A DNA stretch of 61,433 nucleotides, counting the filler, from Callorhinchus milii (lineage: Eukaryota), in assembly GCF_018977255.1 (NCBI RefSeq). It is 2 parts of 2 records of this genome, joined end to end, with 100 filler letters (N's around TTAATTAATTAA, not from the genome) between each part and the next. Parts side by side here need not be neighbours in the genome. Positions count along the whole stretch, not along the records: positions 30,774 to 61,433 come from NW_024705628.1; 1 more part is not named here. One strand, written 5' to 3'. The position numbers and the translations under genes are program-made. Within the stretch, counting starts at the first letter, position 1, and the number at the start of each line of letters is the position of its first letter. Shown in pieces: positions 39,462-50,703 of the stretch. Below the pieces are notes generated by a model, which was given only the letters and a program-made list of their open reading frames with translations, did no database searches and was not told the origin of the DNA.

Positions 39462-41238
39462 AAGGGTTAGGGGTTTAGAGGGTTAGGGATTTATAAAGTT
39501 AAGGGTTTAGAGGTTTTGGGTTATTTCAGGGATAAGGGGTTTAGAGGTTTAGGGATTTCGAGGGTTATAGGGTTTAGGGGTTGAGGGGATTCGAGAGTTA
39601 GGGGTTTAGAGGGTTGGGGTTTAGAGGGTTAGGTGTTTAGAGGATAAGTCTATTTGGGGTAAAGGGTTTTAGAGGGTTAGGGTTTTTAGGGTAAAGGGGT
39701 TTAAGGGTAAAGGAGTTTAGAGGTTAAAGGGGTTTAGAGGGTTAGGAGTTTATAGGGTTTTGGGTTTACAGTGAGGGAGAAAAGTATTTGATCCCCTGCT
39801 GATTTTGTACGTTTGCCCACTGACATAGAAATGATCAGTCTATAATTTTAATGGTAGGTTTATTTGAACAGTGAAAGACAGAATAACAACAAAATCCAGA
39901 AAAACGCACGTCAAAAATGTTATAACTTGATTTGCATTTTAATGAGGGAAATAAGTATTTGACCCCCTCTCAATCAGAAAGATTTCTGGCTCCCAGGTGT
40001 CTTTTATACAGGTAACGAGCTGAGATTAGGAGCACACTCTTAAAGGGAGCGCTCCTAATCTCGGCTTGTTACCTGTATAAAAGACACCTGTTCACAGAAG
40101 AGTTTTAGAAGGTTATGGGTTTAGAGGTTTTGATGTTTAGGGGATTAGGGGTTTATAAGGTGAGGGGTTTAGTGGGTTACGGTTTTACAGGTTTAGGGGT
40201 TTCGACGGTTTGGGGTTTATAAGGTTAAGGGTTTAGGCAGTTAAGAGTGTTGGGGGTTTATGGGTTGCCGTTTTATAGGGTGAGGTGTTTAGACGGTTGG
40301 GGTCTTAAGGGGAAAGTCCTTCAGAGGATTTGGTGTTTAGAGGGTTAGAGTTTAGAACGTTTTGAGTTTAGAGGGTTTAGAGAGTTACGTGTTTAGAGGT
40401 TTATGGGTTTTAGAGGGTTAGGGGTTTAGAGAGTTACGTGTTTAGAGGTTTTTTCTTTCGATTGTTGGATGTTGAATGGTTTAGATGGTTAGTAGTTGAG
40501 GTTATAAGGGTATGTGTTTAGGGGTTTAGAGGTATCGGGGTTTCAAGGGTTAGTGATTTACAGTGTTACAGGTTTAGTGGTTTGAGAGTTGAGGGTTTAA
40601 CACGTAGACTTTCACAACTAATATTGCATTTTAGGGGCATAGGTGTTTTAAGGGTTAGGTGTCGAGAGGGTTCGTTCTTTAGAGGGTTGGGGTTTAAATG
40701 TGTTGGGATTAGGTTACAGATTTAGGGTTTTAGAACGTTAGGGGTTTGAGGGTTAGGGTTTTAGAGGTTGAGGATTTAGGAGGTTATGAGTTCAGAGGGT
40801 TAGGGGTCTAGAGGGTTAGTTCTTTAGAGGGTAGTGGTTTAGATTGGTTGGTATTTAGAATGTTAAGGATTTAGGGTTTTAGAAGGTTAGGGTTTCAAGG
40901 TTTAGAGGGTTAGGGATTCAGAGGGTTTCGAAGTTTTGGTTTTTAATGGCTTAGACGGTTAGGGTTAAAAGAATAAGGGGTTTAGAGAGTGAGGGTTTTG
41001 GTGGGTTAGGGTTTTAAGGGTAAAGGGGTTGAGGGTTAGGGGTATAGGAATTTAGAGGGTTAGGGGTTGAGATGGTTAGTGTTTTGGTGGTTTAGAGTTT
41101 AAGCTTTTAGAGGGCGAGGGGTTTAAAGATTAGGGTTGTAAGGGTAAATGGGTTGAGAGGGTTAGCGGTTTAGATGGTTATGGATTTAGATAGTTAGGGG
41201 TTTAGAGGGTTTTAATTGTTCGAGGTTTAGTGGTTAAG
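39462..41238 (+). repeat. Degenerate telomere-like (TTAGGG/TTTAGAG) array
   Basis: Recurrent agggttaggggtttag-like units with strong G/T strand bias; interrupted by a Tc1 end. Confidence 0.85.
39769..40100 (+). mobile_element. Left-end fragment of the Tc1 family seen at 47486-49078
   Basis: TA|cagtgaggg..aagtatttgatcccctgctg..aagacacctgttcacagaag closely matches 47486-47821. Confidence 0.93.
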
Positions 41239-42855
41239 GTCTCTGTGCGAGTCCAACATGTTTGTATGAGTCTATGGTAAGATAAAAAGAGTTCAGTTTA
41301 ATTTGTATATTTCGAAACAATTTGTTTACCTTACCTGTGATGTTTTTGTATCGTATTTTTGTTGTTATTTTCTGACCCACAAGATTGGACGTCTGTGAAA
41401 ACAGATCGTTATAGCTCATCAGATGCATCCAGTATAAATAAATATTCAAATTCTAATTCTATTGACCTCTGTGCGAATCTATAGATTTCTGTGTGAGTTT
41501 TTGGGCCTTTGAGTGTATGGATCTCTGTGTGAGGCTATGGGTCTCTGTGAGTATGGGGTCTCTGTGTGAGTCTGAGTGTCTGTAGGAATGTATGGGTCTC
41601 TGTTGGGGTCTATGGGTTTCTGGGTATGGTTGTTTGTGCGAGTCTTACATGCACAAATTTAACTTAAAATGGCCATTGAGGGTTGCGGAATCCAAGTTGA
41701 ATATTAAGTTCCCTGCAGTGCAAGCCAGCTCTCTAGTCGTGTCAAACAGCCCCTTTAATTCTTTATAATAATAAAATAGACTTAGTCCAGGAAATCCACA
41801 CTGAGTCACAGTCAGGTCCTGAATTGTTTTTTTACATTTCCGACGAATGAATGATGAGTTCTTACACAAGTGGAGGGGGGGAATTCGAGAGACTTGCACC
41901 GTTGTTTCAACTGCCATAGAAACAAACTGGTGACCTTAGGATCATCGCAAATCCAGTGTGCTAACCATTACACTGTGGCAAATCACCCACACGCTCACTC
42001 ACCGAGCTACACACATTCACTCAGGACCGCAGCTCACAACACTTCTCTTTCTGCTTCTTCTCTTTTACTGACCCCATGCATAAAACATCAAGGTGCCTTA
42101 CAATGGGGGGGGGGGGGGTAAGAAGTGGCTAAGTTAAAATTCGAGATGCTTTCTTAAAAGATAAATATTTTTAGGGGGGACCTGAAGGCCCAAACTGAAC
42201 TAGACTCCCTGACCAACTTTGACAAAGAGTTCCAAAGTCCAATGGCCACCAAAGCAAAATCCCGGTCGCCCATGGACCACTTTGAGCTTTCTTCTCGCGA
42301 TACAGAGATCTAAATCAGCGATTCTGATGATGCAATTTACATGAAAGTGACGCTTCACAGTGGACGTTATAATTCCCGCTGATGGCATTACTACTATAAT
42401 AGCCCAGAAATGTGTGTAATGCACGTGACGTCACTCCACATACCCCCTCCCCCGTCATTAATAATAAAATAATCATGAACGGGTGGATTTTTACACTCAC
42501 GCGGAAGGCCGAGTGGAAAGATAGTTTTTTCGCAAAGTTGCTTCAAATATGACGTTTCTTTACAGAAAGTAAAAAATAAATATACGCAGCAGTGCTACAT
42601 CCGTACGTGACGTCACTGCAAAAGAGACACCCCCCCCTCATTCATAATCATGAGCGGGTGGATTTTTACATTCCCGCAGGTTGATTGGAAATAATTTGTT
42701 TTACGCAAATTAACTTTAAATTTGACGTTTCTTTATTGAAATGTAATCAAATCAATATTTCTACGCAGCAACAAAGTGTATTTGGTGTCTTTATTTATTT
42801 CTTCAGCACTTGAAACAAAAGGTAAGTCTAATTTTTGCTTCTAAATTATTATAAA

Positions 42856-43650
42856 AGTAGCCTATAGCCCGTCCAAGGACGGGTGTATTGCAGTTAATCT
42901 GAAATATTCAATCGAAAATAAAGACCCGCTCATGATTATTAATGAGGGGGTGGGGCCAGGGTCCACATGAGTGACATCATCATTCCATGATCATTGATGA
43001 AGGGGGGGAGCTCCATGTGGAGTGACGGAATCCGCTCATGATTATTGATCAGGGGGGGAACTCCATGTGGAATGACATCATCCACTCTTGATTATTAATG
43101 AGGGGGTGGGTGGCGTGGTCCACATCAGTGACGTCATCCGCTCATGATTATTAATTAGGGTGTTTGTGTCCCGCGCGTGACGTCACTCCACATGCCGCAC
43201 CCCCGTCATTAAGGTAGAGCAGAATTATTATTTGTTGCAAATTCGCTTTAAGTTTCACGTTTCTTTATTTAAAATGAATCTAATAAATAATTCTACGCGG
43301 CAACAAATTGGATTTGGGGTCTATATTTTTTCCTAAGATAAGTCTAATTTATGCTTCTACATTTTGGTTACATAGACATTTCTCGGTGATTTTCCAGATA
43401 TTGTATTGCAATCCAATTTATTTGCACCCCAGCGACCGAAAGCAGAAAATAATAAAGTATCAGAGCAGTGAATTAGAACAAATTGAAGGTCAGCTATATA
43501 CAGTGCTACAGTGAAATGCAGTGAAGTGTTTTATGACATAATTTCGTGCAAGATTCACTGCCATTCAATTAACACAAAATACAATTATACTCTGCTAATT
43601 TTTTTCGTAAATATTACAGCTTCCGTCCTAGGATGGGCAAAGAAGCTAGT
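42856..43650 (+). mobile_element. Non-autonomous Helitron-like element with internal TGACGTCA-containing repeats
   Basis: 5' tagcctatagCCCGTCCaaGGACGGG palindrome; 3' hairpin tccgtcctaggatggg followed by gCTAGt. The 5' ~48 bp recur at 49105. Related repeats extend left to ~42420. Confidence 0.55.
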
Positions 43651-44977
43651 TTGATAAGAGTAGGCCAATGTGTGTTGCTGTCACGGTTCAAATTTTCCAA
43701 ATTCACAAATGACCGACAAATTCCTCAATTGGCATTCCACAAAGCAACATCACAACATGTAGCTACTGCAGACTACTGTATGTGCTGTACTGCGCCTTCG
43801 TGATAGCCTTGCGCTGTAAGCCTTGCGATTTTACACCTCCCCCTTTTATATCGTTTAGAAAATACGTTGTCACTTCATTATCAACACCACCGCTACCCGA
43901 CTAGCATTGCCTCAACCCACACTCATGTCGCTGACAGCATCGTCTGCCCTTTCTCGTAACTGTCGCCTCTCAACCTTCACCTCCACCTAACCCTGTACAC
44001 AAACTACTTTGCATCGCGCATAAAGAAATGTTCTGTACTATGGAGTACAATATAGTAATTACGCATGATATTTTAGTGATTTTATTTTCATAATGTACTG
44101 CTAATAATGTTTTAACGTTTACTGCCGAAACTAGTATTGAGTGTAGTATTTTTAGTAATTGAATGTAATGTTGCGGATACGTCTAGGATGAAGATGCACG
44201 CATTAACACGGCTTCAGCATTGTTTAGTCCTCGTGGCAAAATTGCGTTGATTTACGTCGTTTCGGTATTCGTTGTCGCACATTTAAGAAAAGCATCCCCG
44301 ACATAAACCGGGGTATTACTGTCAACTAAATTATTATTATTCAAGACTTACCACCTCACGTGTAGGTCGTCGCGATCGCATGCTAGATGCTTGCACATTT
44401 GCCTGTTTCTCATTACGAACGTGTCCCAAGGCCTTGTTCAGATCACCTTGAGTGTGGGCCAAGGCAACTGCGTGCACGGACAGTGACCCACACTCGGCGC
44501 GGAGACGTGCCACCACCCCACGCACCTCGCGGCTGTACAGGTACATGTGGCGCACACTCACATTCACCTCCACCTGTCAGGAGGACAGAAACAAGAGTTA
44601 GGGACAAGGACATTTTTATTATTGTTACACTTCCTGACCCAGAAAATCCTAAGTCTCAAGAATATTTTTAACGAGGGTCATGCCATTTTTTTGGCAGCAG
44701 GAGGGGATGATGATTGCATGTGTCATCCGAATTCAGTAATTTTGCAAGTAATTTCCAGCATTGGGATAGATGAGCAATACATGTTCAATTGGAAGGGGTT
44801 TTTTATTTTATGGGAGGAAATCCATGTGTAGTGAGTCCAACTGAGTTGCAGAAGTTCTTCTTCAGAGGCAACACAGTGCATCGCACGCCGTGCTCTGCTA
44901 GAGCCGGCATCACTCTGCAACACACACGATGCTGTCTGGCACCATACAGTTACATCCCCAATGTCACTCACTACACA

Positions 44978-45475
44978 TGTGTAGAGTAGTATGACGACAT
45001 GACATCATGAGCGCTGTGAGGCGCAATGACGTCATGTCACGGGAAATACTTAAGGGGGACCCCGTGGCGAAAGCGGGGTCGTTGTGGGAGCCCGGGATGG
45101 TGAGCGTCTTAAGGTCTCTCCTGCTCGTGACCGGACGGTGTTGGCTGACCCCCCGTCCGGGTTCTACGAGTAGGAGAGCCGAAGATACAGCCAGGGGTAG
45201 GGCTCAGAGAAGTCTGCAAGAGCCGGTTAAGATTACGTGGGGTGCTGCTCTCCTCGGTCGGGTGGTGTTGGATAAGCCCCCATCCCAACTCGAGTGAGAG
45301 GCCAAGAGATAGCCCAGGCTAGGAATAGATAGAGCCTGACGTCCGCGTCAAGGACTGAGTGTAGGGACACCTACCTCTGGTGTGTTGTGTTACCTCTGTG
45401 TTAATAAACTGGCGCAAGCCCTTACTAAGAGTTCAGTCTACGAGTCGTCCATGTACAGCAGGTGGAGAACATACA
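44978..45475 (+). mobile_element. Probable solo LTR
   Basis: TG..CA termini, ~500 bp, AATAAA ~70 nt before the 3' end, flanks caca/cact. Confidence 0.5.
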
Positions 45476-45554
45476 CACTCCTCAATTAAGCCCACAAATC
45501 AACTATGCATCATAACGCTGGCCGTGGAAACCTAAGTTTATGAATAAAATAATT

Positions 45555-45623
45555 GACGTGGCTCAGCGGTAGTGCATTTGCCACTTGTTGCAGAGGTTTG
45601 CGGTTCTATTCCGACAGGCCGTC
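45555..45623 (+). mobile_element. Degraded tRNA-derived head (SINE remnant)
   Basis: A box TGGCTCAGCGG and B box GGTTCTATTCC at tRNA-like spacing; stems are poor. Confidence 0.5.
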
Positions 45624-45899
45624 CTGGTTAATACTAAGATGTACGAGCCGTAAAATAAACGCCATCGGCTTCACAGGGGACATCGAATATCCCGTTTAAC
45701 ATGTAGGCTTTCACGACGAATATCATCCATAAGAGGTTTGTTTTGTTAGATCGTGTAAATATATGTGTCGTTAAAATCCACCACCACCCGACACAGCCAA
45801 CTAGTAAGGGTTGTAATGTAAACAGAACATGCCAATTTGTCACTAGTACAGCACACTGGTGTGTTGGAGAGCCAAGCCACAACATTTACAATCTGAGTA

Positions 45900-45937
45900 C
45901 GATGTTTTGCCAGTATTACAACTAGCTTCATCAGGCG
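45900..45937 (-). ncRNA. Decayed minimal hammerhead ribozyme motif (Penelope-type)
   Basis: Minus strand CTGATGA-A-GCTAGT-tgtaat-ACTGGC-AAAA-CATC. Stem II pairs, but CGAAACGTC appears as CAAAACATC, consistent with two CpG transitions. Confidence 0.5.
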
Positions 45938-46523
45938 ACAGACAGATTTGTGGAGAAGTCCACCTGTTTTGTTCCTTATATAGAGGCGTAGATGTGGTGA
46001 CCACACTTCACGCTCTTGCGTAAAGTGGAGGGGGGGCGATTAATGAGTCAACGCACATTATGCATGTGCATTATACGAGCCCTTTAATCTTGTCCTTCCA
46101 GTCCATTGTGTGTATTAAAATAGCCGTATCAATGACAATACTATATTCTATCAAAAAAAATAAAATATATATTTTGAAACAATCTTTTTTATATGTTATG
46201 TTTCGGCTTGGGTCTAATTGTCAACGCTCAACTTACGTAGGCTGTAATTGACCACGGTCCCTTACATTATGGCAAGCCTCGGGGCCACTTCCTGGAGTTG
46301 TGGAGTTCTGCCATTACTCATACGGTACATTTCATTAAAGCGTGTTTAAAAAAAAGTATTTTAAAATATTACTTATTCAAAAGAAGTTTTAGCATCTGTA
46401 TTATTAGTGCTGTTACCAATACCTCAATGAAGCCCTCATATATTGCTCATACATGTGCAATAATACAGGTCGACGACAAGCGACTGTGTTCATTCAGACG
46501 CTGTCTCCCCGACAGACCTGTTC

Positions 46524-46568
46524 TTCACCTGAGGACGGCTGCTTGCGTTGTGGCCGAAACGTCGTGAA
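46524..46568 (+). ncRNA. Minimal type I hammerhead ribozyme (Penelope-like retroelement type)
   Basis: TTCAC-CTGAGGA-C-GGCTGC-ttgcgtt-GTGGCC-GAAA-CG-TC-GTGAA. Stem I TTCAC/GTGAA, core CUGANGA and GAAA, stem II, palindromic ACGT in place of stem III, GUC cleavage triplet. Confidence 0.78.
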
Positions 46569-47485
46569 AATTGTATTTTATTATGTTTTATTTTTATTAT
46601 TTTATTATTTCCCTTCTACGTGACTTTACCGAAAGAACCAAAAAAGAAGCGACTGTGTCTCCGTCTGTTTATTTCTTCGTTATATGGACAGCTCGCGTTC
46701 CGCTCTCTCGGACGTTCCGCGGCGCGTCGCGTGAGCTGGCGTCCCGCTTCCCCGCTCCCGCGCACCGCTGGCAGACGGCGCGCTGGGAGCCGTCTCCGCG
46801 TCGCCACGTGGCCGATGGCTCACGGAGACCCGCGACGTGGTCCAGCTTCCAGCTCTCACCAACTGACCTCGAGCCCCTTCCGGCTCTCCATTATATCCCC
46901 TTCCCGCGTCACCCAGACTCTGCCCTTCACCACACCCCTTGAGAACTTTCCAGATAATACCACCCCCTAGCGCCCGCGGGCTCCACCCTTGAACCCTTCC
47001 CCCGATGGCTCGTGTCGCCTGGATGGGTTAGGGGCTGGGGCGGCGAAGCCCCAGCCTACGCTCGCATTACACATGTAAGAATTAAAGCTGTTGGGAATGC
47101 ATCCCCATATATACAATTGTCTAATGAACTCCTTTATGCGCCGATTTGATTAGTGGCCACTTCTCCAGCATACACATTTTGAGCGCTAAGCAAGGTCTGC
47201 CTGTACAATAATTTTCACTATTATTATTCAAGCACACAAATACCTCTCTAGACGTGGGCAGCATGGCTCGACCTCTGGTCTTGCTCCGTGAATTGCCGGC
47301 ATTCTCGCAGACGCCCCATGCCTCACTGCATGCAGCTAAAGACATGGCTGTACTCTCCAATTGCTGTCAAATGAGAAGAGAGTTTAAGACACCATGAAGC
47401 ACTTTTCTTGACACTGCAACACCACCACACCATCTTGACTAGTTTTACCGTGTCAATGACCACATATGCCAATGCAATTTATATA

Positions 47486-49078
47486 CAGTGAGGGAACAAA
47501 GTATTTGATCCCCTGCTGATTTTGTATGTTTGCCCACTGACAAAGAAATGATCAGTCTATAATTTTAATGGTAGGTTTATTTGAACAGTGAGAGACAGAA
47601 TAACAACAACAAAATCCAGAAAAAACGCATGTCAAAAATTTTATAAATTGATTTGCATTTCAATGAGGGAAATAAGTATTTGACCCCCTCTCAATCAGAA
47701 AGATTTCTGGATCCCAGGTGTCTTTTATATAGGTAACAAGCTGAGATTAGGAGCACACTCTTAAAGGGAGTGCTCCTAATCTGAGCTTGTTACCTGTATA
47801 AAAGACACCTGTTCACAGAAGCAATCAATCAATCAGATTCCAAACTCTCCACCATGGCCAAGACCAAAGAGCTCTCCAAGAATGTCAGGGACAAGATTGT
47901 AGACCTACACAAGGCTGGAATGGGCTACAAGTCCATCGCCAAGCAGCTTGGTGAGAAGGTGACAACAGTTGGTGCGATTATTCGCAAATGTAAGAAACAC
48001 AAAAGAACTGTCAATCTCCCTCGGCCTGGGGCTCCATGCAAATCTCACCTCGTGGAGTTGCAATGATCATGAGAACGGTGAGGAATCCGCCCAGAAATAC
48101 ACGGGAGAATCTTGTCAATTATCTCAAGGCAACTGGGACCATAGACACCAAGAAAACAGTTGGTAACACAGTACGCCGTAAAGGACTGAAATCCTGCAGC
48201 GCCCGCAAGATCCCTCTGCTCAAGAAAGCACATATACATGCCCGTCTGAAGTTTGTCAATGATTCAGAGGACAACTGGGTGAAAGTGTTGTGGTCAGATG
48301 AGACCAAAATGGAGCTCTTTGGCATCAACTCAACTCCTGTGTTTGGAGGAGGAGGAATGCTGCCTATGACCCCAAGAACACCATCCCCACCGTCAAACAT
48401 GGAGGTGGAAACATTATGCTTTGGGGGTGTTTTTCTGCTAAGGGGACAGGACAACTTCACCGCATCAAAGGGACGATGGACGGGGCCATGTACCGTCAAA
48501 TCTTGGGTGAAAACCTCCTTCCCTCAGCCAGGGCATTGAAAATGGGTCGTGGATGGGTATTCCAGCATGACAATGACCCAAAACACACGGCCAAGGTAAC
48601 AAAGGAGTGGCTCAAGAAGAAGCACATTCAGGTCCTGGAGTGGCCTAGTCAGTCTCCAGACCTTAATCCAATAGAAAATCTGTGGAGGGAGCTGAAGGTT
48701 CGAGTTGCCAAACGTCAGCCTCGAAACCTTAATGACTTGGAGAAGATCTGCAAAGAGGAGTGGGACAAAATCCCTCCTGAGATGTGTGCAAACCTGGTGG
48801 TCAACTACAAGAAACGTCTGACCTCTGTGATTGCCAACAAGGGTTTTGCCACCAAGTACTAAGTCATGTTTTTCAGAGGGGTCAAATACTTATTTCTCTC
48901 GTTGAAATGCAAATCAATTTATAAAATTTTTGACATGCGTTTTTTCTGGATTTTGTTGTTGTTATTCTGTCTCTCACTGTTCAAATAAACCTACCATAAA
49001 ATTATAGACTGATCATTTCTTTGTCAGTGGGCAAACGTACAAAATCAGCAGGGGATCAAATACTTTTTTCCCTCACTG
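47486..49078 (+). mobile_element. Full-length Tc1/mariner DNA transposon (IR/DR type), defective
   Basis: TA|CAGTGAGGG...CCCTCACTG|TA, ~200-bp TIRs with an internal direct repeat (aagtatttga), 1,593 bp. Confidence 0.97.
47854..48862 (+). pseudogene. Tc1 DD34E transposase, frameshifted
   Basis: [33 protein letters not shown] (34 residues between D and E). Split over three ORFs, with shifts at ~48040 and ~48340. Confidence 0.95.
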
Positions 49079-49104
49079 TATGTAAAACTGCTCAATTATT
49101 TACA

Positions 49105-49506
49105 ACTAGCCTTTAGCCCGTCCAAGGACGGGTGTATTGCAGTTAATCTGAAACTTGCAAGCAAAAAGCAGACCGCGACGTGATATTCATTGCATTAATG
49201 CGTGTGCAATTTGTAAGGGCGCAGTGACACAGACCTATTTCATTTTAAGGTTATAATCCCTTGTTCATCATGACGTCCTTTTTACTTTGATGTCTCAATA
49301 GCATTACGGAGATTGCTTGACTTGAGGGTTTTGCCTTTGTAGTGAGGTTTGTAAGTTAACGCTGAGGAGGGGGGAGGAGGCACCTCGGCCCCCCATGTGG
49401 AGTGACGTCAGCCGCTAATTATTATGAATGGGGGGAGGTGTCCATTTGGAGGACGTCACCTTATGATTATTAATTAGGGGGGCTGTTCGATGTGGAGTGA
49501 GTGAGC
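49105..49506 (+). mobile_element. 5' part of a second Helitron-like element, cut by the hAT insertion
   Basis: actagcctttagcccgtccaaggacgggtgtattgcagttaatctgaaa matches 42856-42904; same internal atgtggagtgacgtca repeats. Confidence 0.6.
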
Positions 49507-49914
49507 CAGAGGTGTGGACTCGAGTCATGTGACTTGGACTCGAGTCAGACTCGAGTCATGAATTTGATGACTTCAGACTCGACTCGACAAAATGTACAAA
49601 GACTTGCAACTCGACTTGGACTTTAACATCAATGACTCGTGACTTCACTTGGACTTGCGCCTTTTGACTCGAGAAGACTTGCTACTTCCCATGAAAACTG
49701 GGGGAAAAAATGTTCACACGGCCGCGCCGCTCTCAGTTTATCTGCATTTGTGAAAAAAATGTGCACCACCTGTATGCATGCAGAGAGCACGCGCGCTGCC
49801 TGCACGACATCCAATCACTGTAGTCCCACGTTGTTTTGATTGGACAGCATCTAAGCAGGCACATTGCAAGACAACCAATGAAGCGCAACAAGCAACAACG
49901 CGCCAGTTGGCAAA

Positions 49915-50066
49915 ATGATACCGAAGATAGTTTCGTTTGGCTATAAAAATTACGATGTAGTCGACAAAAAACGAGTTGCAATTTGCAAAACATGCGGGTC
50001 GAAGATTACAGACGGTGCTGCCACAACGTCTAACTTTGTTCGACACCTGAAGTTGCACAAAGAAAG
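49915..50066 (+). CDS. hAT transposase exon 1 (BED zinc finger); not in the ORF track
   Basis: MIPKIVSFGYKNYDVVDKKRVAICKTCGSKITDGAATTSNFVRHLKLHKE, then AG|GTAAG donor (phase 2). Confidence 0.85.
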
Positions 50067-50183
50067 GTAAGTTTTGAACGAATGCTAAGCACCTTATCGG
50101 ATGTACCGTAACTTACTAGCTGCTGCATATTTACTGTATCAACGAGACAGTAAACGCACGTCTCCCTTGCTGGTTAATGCTTA

Positions 50184-50659
50184 TGTAATAACAGCCATAG
50201 AGGGTTCACGTGGGGATTGGCTTGCCGGTCCTGCTCGTAGCCAATAAGGGTTGAGATTGGGACCATGGCCCATGCGTCATCACGACAGGTCATCGGAAGT
50301 GATTGGCCTAGCCATTCGGGCCCCAGCGAATGGGGAGCCGGATGAGGGGCATGGTCCCGGGATTGACAGGGAACCATCGAGAATGGTGAGAGCTGTCCAT
50401 ACATGATTGGCTGGGGGAACCACGTGACGAGGGTCTTAAGAGCGAGCGAGAGGGAACGATCGGGGGCAGACTGAAAATAACAGAAGCAGGGTCACGTGCG
50501 GACGGAGCCTCGGGTTGCCACGTGCGCGAAGGGAACTTCGTGTGGAGTCTGTCCTCTCTCTCCGTTGTCTGCCAGCAACGGAGAGTGAGTGGGAGAAGTG
50601 TATGGTGGAGTGGAAATAAAAGGACTGATTCCGAAGCCGTCTCCTGGAAGATTATTACA
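50184..50659 (+). repeat. 5' LTR
   Basis: tgtaataac...attattaca; AATAAA at ~50615; I count two differences from the 3' LTR. Confidence 0.97.
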
Positions 50660-50660
50660 T

Positions 50661-50673
50661 TGGTGTCAGAAGT
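50661..50673 (+). promoter_or_regulatory. Primer-binding site, complementary to the tRNA-Leu 3' end
   Basis: TGGTGTCAGAAGT, 1 nt after the LTR. Confidence 0.85.
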
Positions 50674-50703
50674 CATTCTGCGACTGTTTGGACGATCGTC
50701 AAG

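Noticed and set aside
38086..39462. Pro-rich (extensin/collagen-like), His/Leu-rich and Trp/Arg-rich ORFs
   Set aside because: Alternative frames of the 36-bp minisatellite; no Gly-X-Y periodicity or independent support.
41240..41645. Degenerate tatgggtctctgtgtgag repeats
   Set aside because: Short decayed minisatellite with unclear boundaries and no further structure.
41930..41980. Minus-strand tRNA-like AGTGTAATGGTTAGCACACTGG
   Set aside because: Only an A-box/D-arm-like piece with no B box or cloverleaf; too weak to annotate.
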